Origin: an uncultured Thermoleophilia bacterium
Lineage (GTDB): Bacteria > Actinomycetota > Thermoleophilia > UBA2241
Length of the DNA stretch: 64,000 nucleotides
Assembly: GCA_963707855.1 (NCBI GenBank)
Contig: CAVPRQ010000013.1
Location: 327,301 to 391,300 of the forward strand
Reading direction: 5' to 3'
The stretch's first letter is position 1. Each line of letters begins with the position of its first letter. A program made the position numbers and the translations under genes. Shown here one piece after another: positions 56,055-64,000 of the stretch. The notes below the pieces were generated by a model. The model saw nothing but the letters and a program-made list of their open reading frames with translations. It had not been told where the DNA came from and ran no database searches.

Positions 56055-57360
56055 TCAGAACTCGAGCTTCTCCAGCCGCCCGAAGATGACCTCACGCCCG
56101 GCCATGTACTGGTCGGGGTCCATGGCGGCGTCGACCTCCTGCGGGCTCATCACGGCCATCGCCTCGGCGTTGCCCTTGATGAGCCCGCCGAAGTCGACGC
56201 CCTCGCGCCAGGCCTGCATGGCCGCGTCCTGGACGACGCGGTAGGCGTCGTCGCGCAGCATGCCCTTGTCGACGAGGGCGAGGAGGACGGCCCCGCTGAA
56301 GACGAGGCGCTGCGACTGGCCGAGGTTGGCCAGCATGCGCGCCTCGTCGACGACCAGGCCGTCAATCAGCTTCGTCGTCTTCTGCAGCATGTAGTCGAGC
56401 AGGATGCAGCGAGTCGGGGAAGACGATGCGCTCGGCCGAGCTGTGGCTGATGTCGCGCTCGTGCCAGAGGGCGACGTTCTCCATGCCGACCAGCGCGTTG
56501 CCGCGCAGCACGCGGGCGCAGCCGGCCATGCGCTCGCTGAGGATCGGGTTGCGCTTGTGCGGCATCGCCGAGGAGCCCTTCTGGCCCTTGCCGAAGGCCT
56601 CCTCGGCCTCGCGCACCTCGGTGCGCTGCAGGTGGCGGACCTCGACGGCGAACTTCTCGAGGCTCGCGCCGACGATCGCCAGGGCGCTCAGGAAGGCGGC
56701 GTGACGGTCGCGCTGCACGACCTGGTTCGAGATCGGCTCGAAGCCGATGCCGAGCTCGTCGCAGACGAGCTCCTCGACGCGCGGGTCGATGTTGTTGTAG
56801 GCGCCGACCGCGCCGCTCAGCTTGCCGACGGCGGCCAGCGTCGGTGACGCGGCGCAGGCGCTCGAGGTGGCGCTGCGACCTCGAAGGCCCACATGCCGAG
56901 CTTCATGCCGAAGGTGATCGGCTCGGCGTGGATGCCGTGCGTGCGGCCCACCTGGACCGTGTCGCGGAACTCGAAGGCGCGCCGCTTGAGGACGGTCCCG
57001 AGCTCGACGCAGGTCCTTCTCGAGGATCCCCCCGGCGCGCTTGATCTGCAGGGCGAGGCCGGTGTCGAGCATGTCGCTCGAGGTCATGCCGTAGTGGACG
57101 TACTTGCTGGCCTCGCCGACGTACTCGGCGACGTTGGTGAGGAAGGCGATGACGTCGTGGTTCGTCGTCGCCTCGATCTCGGCGACGCGGGCGACGTCGA
57201 ACGCCGCCTTCGCCTCGATCTCGGCGACCGCCCCGTCGGGCACCTTGCCGAGCTTGTTCCACGCCTTGACGGCGGCGATCTCGACCTCGAGCCAGGCCTG
57301 CATCTTCGCCTGCTCGGTCCACACGGCGCCCATCTCGGGCAGGGTGTAGCGCTCGATCAT
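56055..57360 (-). CDS. purB: Adenylosuccinate lyase (frameshifted)
   Basis: [36 protein letters not shown]. Confidence 0.96.
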
Positions 57361-57451
57361 GGTGCCCTCCGCGGCTCCGGGGCGGCCGCGCCGCGGCCGC
57401 AGGTCGGCGGTGACGCGGCGATTGTCTCACACCGATGTGACCGCCGGCCGC

Positions 57452-58720
57452 TCATGCCTCGTCGAACTCGAGGCGCGCCGCCGGGTCGTGCTCGCGGGGC
57501 TCGCGGACGAAGGCGATGCAGACGATGGCGAGGGCGGAGCTGACCGCCATCGCCAGCCAGGCGAGGTCGTACGAGCCGGTCGCGTCCACGATCGCGCCGA
57601 ATCCGGGCGGGCCGACGACGATGCCGACGTTGACGGCGGCCGCGGTCAGGCCGGCCACCTGGCCGGCCGCGGCGCGGCCGCCGATCTCGCCGGCCGCCGT
57701 CCCGAAGAGGCCGCCCCACCCGACCGCGGCGAGCCCCAGCAGCGTGACGACCGGGTACACGATCCAGCCGAGCTCTCCGTCGCCCAGAGCCAGGACGAGG
57801 CACATGACGAGCGCCAGCGCGGCCATCGCTATGAGCAACGGCCGCCGGCGGCCGCCGAGCAGCCGGTCACTGACGAGTCCACTGACCGGCTTGGCGACGG
57901 CCCCCGCGGCCTGCGCCAGGGCGAGCACGCCGCCGGCGGCGACGGCGGAGAGCAGGAAGTCGTCGGTCATGTACAGGATGAGCTGCGCCAGGACGGCGTA
58001 CTCGACGATGCCGAAGAAGAAGCCCATGGCGGCGAGGAGGCGGACGTCGCGGTGGCGCAGGAGTCCGCGAAAGGTACCGCGGGGCGGGCGCGCAGGAGCC
58101 AGTCCAGGCCCAGGGTCGCTTCGCAGGGGCTCGCTCGCGCCCGCCGCGCCCACATCGCCGGCGCGCGGGCTCCTGTATCCGACGATCACGAGCGCCGTCA
58201 CCGCGAATCCGGCGACGCCGACAGCCAGGAGACCGTACTGCCATCCCCAGCGCTCGGCGATGGAGGGCAGCATGAGGGCGGCGAGGATGCCGCTCGCGTT
58301 GATCGCCGTCTGGTTCACGCCGATCGCCGTCGCCCGCTCGGTGACCGGGAACCAGAGGACCACGGCCCGCACCGCCGACGGGTAGATGCAGCCGGCGCCG
58401 ATGCTCGACAGGGCGAGCAGGCCGAAGAGCACGGCGTACGAGGGTGCGAAGAACATCGCCATGATGCAGAGCGTCGCCGCCAGGGTGCCGAAGATGAGCA
58501 TGCTGCGCACGCCGACGCGGTCGACGAGCCAGCCCGCGGCGATCAGCGTCGGCACGTACGTGATCGCCGAGGCGCTCATGAGACCGCCCACCTGGGCGCT
58601 CGAGAGGTCGAAGGCGTCCTTGAGGTACGGCGAGAGAGCGCCGATGCTCAGCCGCGCGAGGTAGACGAGCAGGTACGAGAGCCAGACGACGCCGAGGATG
58701 AGAAAGCGGCGGCGCGACAC
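57452..58720 (-). CDS. MFS transporter
   Basis: GWLVDRVG, WFPVTERATA, SDRLLG; about 12 TM helices. Confidence 0.9.
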   Translation of the reverse strand: MSRRRFLILGVVWLSYLLVYLARLSIGALSPYLKDAFDLSSAQVGGLMSASAITYVPTLIAAGWLVDRVGVRSMLIFGTLAATLCIMAMFFAPSYAVLFGLLALSSIGAGCIYPSAVRAVVLWFPVTERATAIGVNQTAINASGILAALMLPSIAERWGWQYGLLAVGVAGFAVTALVIVGYRSPRAGDVGAAGASEPLRSDPGPGLAPARPPRGTFRGLLRHRDVRLLAAMGFFFGIVEYAVLAQLILYMTDDFLLSAVAAGGVLALAQAAGAVAKPVSGLVSDRLLGGRRRPLLIAMAALALVMCLVLALGDGELGWIVYPVVTLLGLAAVGWGGLFGTAAGEIGGRAAAGQVAGLTAAAVNVGIVVGPPGFGAIVDATGSYDLAWLAMAVSSALAIVCIAFVREPREHDPAARLEFDEA

Positions 58721-58735
58721 GTCGGGCGCCGCCGC

Positions 58736-59116
58736 TCAGCCGCGGAGCGCGATCGCCTCGATCTCGACCTTGACGTCCTTCGGCAGACGCGAGACCTCGA
58801 CCGTCGAGCGCGCCGGGTAGGGCGGGGTGAAGAACTCGGCGTAGACCTCGTTCACGGCGGCGAAGTCGTCCATGTTGGTGAGGAAGATCGTCGTCTTGAC
58901 GACGGCGTCCATGCTCAGTCCGGCCTCGGACAGCTGCGCCTTCATGTTCTCGAGTGCCTTGCGCGCCTGGTCGGGCGCGATGATGCCGGCGATCTTGCCC
59001 TCGTGGTCGAGCGGTATCTGCCCCGAGAGGAACACGAAGTCGCCGACGCCGAGGGCCGGCGAGTACGGGCCGATCGCGGGAGTGGCGGCGGCCGAAGCGA
59101 TGGTCTGCTTGTCCAT
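58736..59116 (-). CDS. RidA family enamine deaminase
   Basis: AIGPYS, SGQIP, VVKTT, PARS, VEIEAIA. Confidence 0.93.
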   Translation of the reverse strand: MDKQTIASAAATPAIGPYSPALGVGDFVFLSGQIPLDHEGKIAGIIAPDQARKALENMKAQLSEAGLSMDAVVKTTIFLTNMDDFAAVNEVYAEFFTPPYPARSTVEVSRLPKDVKVEIEAIALRG

Positions 59117-59171
59117 GAGCGGGTTCCTCCTGAGTCAGCGCGACAGGTTCCTCGGGTCCACGGTGCTCGTC

Positions 59172-59621
59172 CTACACGTCGAGGATCTTGGCGGCGAGGA
59201 TCGCGGCGTTGCGCGCGCCGTTGATGGCGACGCAGGCGACCGGCACGCCGGGCGGCATCTGGACGATGCTGAGCAGCGAGTCGAGGCCGCCGAGGTCGCT
59301 CGTCTTGATCGGCACGCCGATCACGGGCAGGTTGGTGTAGGCGGCGAGGACGCCGGGGAGCGCCGCCGCCTTGCCCGCCCCACCGATGATGACCTTGAGG
59401 CCGCGCGCCTGCGCCGTCCTCGCGTACTCCGCCACCTTGTCGGGCGTGCGATGCGCCGAAAGGACGTTGACCTCATAGCGGATGTGGCGCTCGTCGAGCT
59501 CGTCGCAGGCCTTCTGCATGACCTCGCGGTCGCTCTCACTGCCCATCACGATGCCGACGAGCGGAGGGCTCATGTCGATGCCCTGGAGCAGGGCTTCGAC
59601 TTCTGTGCTGGTCTTTTCCAC
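59172..59621 (-). CDS. purE: N5-CAIR mutase
   Basis: [30 protein letters not shown]. Confidence 0.95.
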   Translation of the reverse strand: MEKTSTEVEALLQGIDMSPPLVGIVMGSESDREVMQKACDELDERHIRYEVNVLSAHRTPDKVAEYARTAQARGLKVIIGGAGKAAALPGVLAAYTNLPVIGVPIKTSDLGGLDSLLSIVQMPPGVPVACVAINGARNAAILAAKILDV

Positions 59622-59670
59622 CGTGCGCTCCTCTCGCGTGGGCGGTGTCGTGGGCGGTCGCGTGCGCGGT

Positions 59671-61008
<1,338 letters not shown>

Positions 61009-61162
61009 GCGCCCTCCTCCGTCCCCAGACTGTGCGCGCGACGCGTTCTTCGCGGCGCGCACGGAAGCGACCGGATCGGCCGGCGCGTCCCTCCGTCGGC
61101 GCCGGCCCACAACGCCCGTGAGTCTATCGGCGGCGCCGACGCCGCGTAAACGATGAGTGTCG

Positions 61163-61936
61163 TCAACCGACCCGCAGGCAGCGCATCGAGACGCTGCCGT
61201 GCTGGATGCCCTCGTGCAGGGTCGTCACTTGCTCGTCCTCCGCCTGGGTGGCGAGGACGTACAGCAGCGGCAAGTAGTGGTCCGGGGTGGGCGCGGCCAT
61301 GCGGCCGAGCGGATGCCGAAGGTAGTCGACGAGGTCCTGATGCCGGCGCTCGGCGACCGCGCCGGCGACGAACGCGTCGAACTCGACCGCCCAGTCGAAC
61401 GGCGCCGCGTCCTCGTCCCAGTCGATGGCCCGCAGGTTGTGGACGATGTTGCCGCTGCCCATGAGCAGGACGCCCTCGTCGCGCAGCGGGGCGAGGAGGC
61501 GGCCGAGGGCGTAATGGTCGGCCGCCGGCTCGGCGAGGTCGAGGCTCAGCTCGAGGACGGGGACGTCGGCCTCGGGCCAGACGCGGATGAGCGGCGCCCA
61601 GGCGGCGTGGTCCAGGCCGCGTTCCGCGGCCTTCACCACGCCGCCGGTCAGCTCGACGACACGCTGCGCGACGTCGGGCGCGCCGGGGGCCGGATACCGC
61701 TTCTGGTAGAGCACGTCGGGGAACCCGTAGAAGTCGTGGATCGTGACGTTGGTCGCGTCACTTCCGACAAAGAACCCGTGCGTCATCCAGTGAGCCGAGA
61801 CGACGAGGACCGCGCGCGGCTTCGCCAGCGCGGTCCCCAGCTTCTCGAGGTCACGGGTGTAGGCGTTGTCCGCGACGATGTTCATCGGCGAGCCGTGGCC
61901 GATGAAGATCGCCGGCTGTCGGGTGTCGGGGCGCAT
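61163..61936 (-). CDS. LigB-family extradiol dioxygenase (YgiD/DODA-like)
   Basis: GHGSPM, SAHW, HDFYGFP, GLDH, GSGNIVHNL, PDHYLP. Confidence 0.9.
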   Translation of the reverse strand: MRPDTRQPAIFIGHGSPMNIVADNAYTRDLEKLGTALAKPRAVLVVSAHWMTHGFFVGSDATNVTIHDFYGFPDVLYQKRYPAPGAPDVAQRVVELTGGVVKAAERGLDHAAWAPLIRVWPEADVPVLELSLDLAEPAADHYALGRLLAPLRDEGVLLMGSGNIVHNLRAIDWDEDAAPFDWAVEFDAFVAGAVAERRHQDLVDYLRHPLGRMAAPTPDHYLPLLYVLATQAEDEQVTTLHEGIQHGSVSMRCLRVG

Positions 61937-62111
61937 GCGCGGTGCTTGCCCCCGCGCTCATCTCGTCAAACGGGAGAACGAGCGCTGAGCGCGTGAGCGA
62001 TCCGGTCGAGGGCCGAGGAGACCGCCCGCCGGACAGCGCGCGCGACCGCACGCCGGCGGACGAGGCGCCCGTGGATCGCCGGGCAGACGCCGGCGGCGGG
62101 CGTGCTCACCG

Positions 62112-62716
62112 TCACTCTCCTTCGGCGAGGAGCCCGTAGATGCGTTTGCGCGCGTCGGCCAGGATCTCGAGCGTCTTCGCGACCATGTCGTCGGAGCCGC
62201 TCATCCCGACCTGCCTCGTCGCCACGGCGAGACCTCCGACGGCCTGACGCAGCTTCATGCGCGTCCCCGTCGGGCCTTCACCCGTCCACCAAGGCGGATT
62301 GCCCTCGCTGTCGCGCAGCTTGTCGGCCTCGGCCCTGCCTTCGTCGGTGAGCGCGTAGACGCGCTTTCCGTCCGCCTCTTCGCTCTTCACCAAGCCGCGG
62401 TCCTCGAACTCCTGCAGGGTCGGGTAGACCGAGCCCGGGCTCGGCCGCCAGGCGCCGCCGCTCAGCTCCTCGATACGCTGCATGATCTGGTAGCCGTGCA
62501 TCGGGCCCTCGGCGAGAGCGGCGAACACGGCTGCCTTGATCATCCCGCGCTTGGCGCGGCCGAACGGGCCGAAGCCGTGGTGGTGCGGCCCGTGGCGCTG
62601 ACCTCCCGGTCCGCAGCCTCCGCCGGCGCCGAAGCCCTCGCCGCGTCCCCGACCGGGGCCCTGCCCTTTCCCCGGGCCGTGGCGATGTCGCTCTTCATGT
62701 GCGCGTTGTCCGAACA
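62112..62716 (-). CDS. PadR family regulator with His/Gly-rich N-terminus
   Basis: PMHGYQIM, WRPSPGSVYPTL, YALTDEG, ARKRIY. Confidence 0.92.
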
Positions 62717-62744
62717 TGGGAACCTCCGTTGATGCGGTGTAACG

Positions 62745-62778
62745 CGATATATCGTAACACGTCACGCCGACATGTCAA
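62745..62778 (-). promoter_or_regulatory. padR promoter TTGACA-N16-TACGAT overlapped by palindrome CGATATATCG (candidate auto-operator)
   Basis: Perfect 10-bp palindrome 62745-62754; TTGACA at 62773-62778. Confidence 0.7.
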
Positions 62779-62809
62779 CAGAGGCTTCTTGATGGCCCAG
62801 GGCCTGGCC

Positions 62810-63405
62810 TCAGCTGGTCGCTCCATCGGAGTCTGCATCGGGACTGTCCACCTGCGGCTCAGTGAGGGCTTCCGTGACTTCCGCGACCTTCGCGGGGTCG
62901 GCGGCGGCAGCCTCGCCCTTGGTGGGCAGAGTGGTCTCGGCGGCCGTCGCGCCCCCGGGGAGCGTGGTCTCTGAGTCGCTCGCGGTCAAGATCGCTGTCT
63001 GGGACTCATCGGTCTGCATCTGGCGGACGCTCTCGACTGCGGGCTGCGTCGACGGACTGCTTCCGCTCGAGGGGCCTACGGCCGCTCCCGCCCCGGCCGT
63101 CTTCCATGGGCTCCACGCCACGAGGAGTCCCACGGCCGTTCCGGTCGCGAGTGCGAACAGCACCCAGGGCAGGATCGGCGCGTCGCGACCGTCGCCCCAT
63201 GCTCCGCGCATGTCGCCCGTCATTGGCAGCTTGCGGTCGTTCTGCCGGCCGTTCCAGGCGTGCGGCCAGGTTCCGGTGGACGGCGGGCCTGATGCCGTTC
63301 CCCGTCGCGTTGATCGTGTGCCGCCAGGCCGGCGACCGCCACGGTCATTGCCGCAAGGGACCCGACCAGGGCGATCACGATCCACAGGCTGACTTTGCGG
63401 GTCAT
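62810..63405 (-). CDS. Hypothetical membrane protein (frameshifted)
   Basis: AAGGAGG SD; signal-like N-terminus MTRKVSLWIVIAL; second TM segment. Confidence 0.55.
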
Positions 63406-63481
63406 CGCGTCCTCCTTGTCGTTAGCGAGCGGCGCGCGCCGCCGTTCGTGAAGGAAGCTAGCTTAGGTCGCTGGGCGCACG

Positions 63482-63509
63482 ATGAGACGTGGCTGTGAGC
63501 TGGCTGGGA
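63482..63509 (-). promoter_or_regulatory. Triple 11-bp-period repeat TCCCAG/TCACAG/TCTCAT; candidate OmpR-family box
   Basis: Resembles 14010-14037; followed 16 nt later by TAAGCT. Confidence 0.45.
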
Positions 63510-63579
63510 AGTGCACGCCCGCCCTTCCGGCTTCTGCCGCGCCGCCGTACAGCAAGGACTAGTCGCAGACCAGTCTGAC

Positions 63580-63832
63580 ATGAGGTGACCGTGGCGACAG
63601 CGACGGCGAGGTGCCCGCGCTGATCGAGCTGGTTCGCGGCTCGGCGTCGGAGTCGACGCACGGGCTCGCACAGTGGCGTTCGACGCTCTTGTGTCGCTGG
63701 CCCAGGAGCACGGGCTCACAAGCTACGACGCCGCGTACCTCGAAGTGGCGCTGCGTGTGGGAGCTCCGTTGGCGACTGTGGACGCCGGCCTGGCGCGCGC
63801 CGCGCGCGCCGCCGGCGTCCAGTGTTCCTTGA
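63580..63832 (+). pseudogene. Toxin-antitoxin remnant: Phd-like N-terminal fragment joined to PIN/VapC C-terminal fragment
   Basis: LAQEHGLTSYDAAYLEVA...LATVDAGL is a PIN C-terminus; N-terminal catalytic region missing. Confidence 0.7.
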
Positions 63833-63895
63833 AGACTGAGGCACGGCCCGGCGGTCTTCAGACCGCCCCGCCGCGCCGGAGCCGCGCGTCTGCCG

Positions 63896-64000
63896 CTACA
63901 CCGCCCCGCCGCGCCCGATGCTGCGCGGCAGGATGATCGTCTCGTCGCGTCCCGGGCCGGTGGCGATGAACTTCACCCGCGTCTTGGTGAACTCGGCGAT
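63896..64000 (-). CDS. purA: Adenylosuccinate synthetase C-terminus (partial)
   Basis: IAEFTKTRVKFIATGPGRDETI matches the PurA C-terminal pattern; purine gene context. Confidence 0.75.
   Translation of the reverse strand: MAEFTKTRVKFIATGPGRDETIILPRSIGRGGAV

Overview
Very GC-rich bacterial DNA, probably from an anaerobic or microaerophilic actinobacterium (Thermoleophilia-like; this is inference from style only). Many genes are split by single-base frameshifts, most likely long-read errors, so the coordinates of split genes span the whole reconstructed gene. A dispersed minus-strand purine cluster (purA 3' end, purD, purE, purB, then purS, purQ, purL, purF) forms the backbone and is interleaved with accessory genes. 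Highlights: (1) a dimethylamine methyltransferase mtbB (40739-42129) with an in-frame TAG at the canonical pyrrolysine position, followed by a stem-loop and adjacent to a non-Pyl mttB-family gene; (2) a Rieske / split cytochrome b6-type operon with no cytochrome c that ends in a Tat-exported spermidine-dehydrogenase-like flavoprotein, bracketed by two 19-bp-spacer MerR-type promoters and followed by a MerR regulator; (3) a 430-bp diverged duplicate of the purF 3' end bracketing a 9.1-kb cassette with no integrase; (4) rubredoxin plus a minimal SufC/SufB (SMS-type) Fe-S system; (5) a family of modular surface proteins with pseudopilin-head-like domains. I recognised no rRNA, tRNA (including tRNA-Pyl), CRISPR array or transposase.
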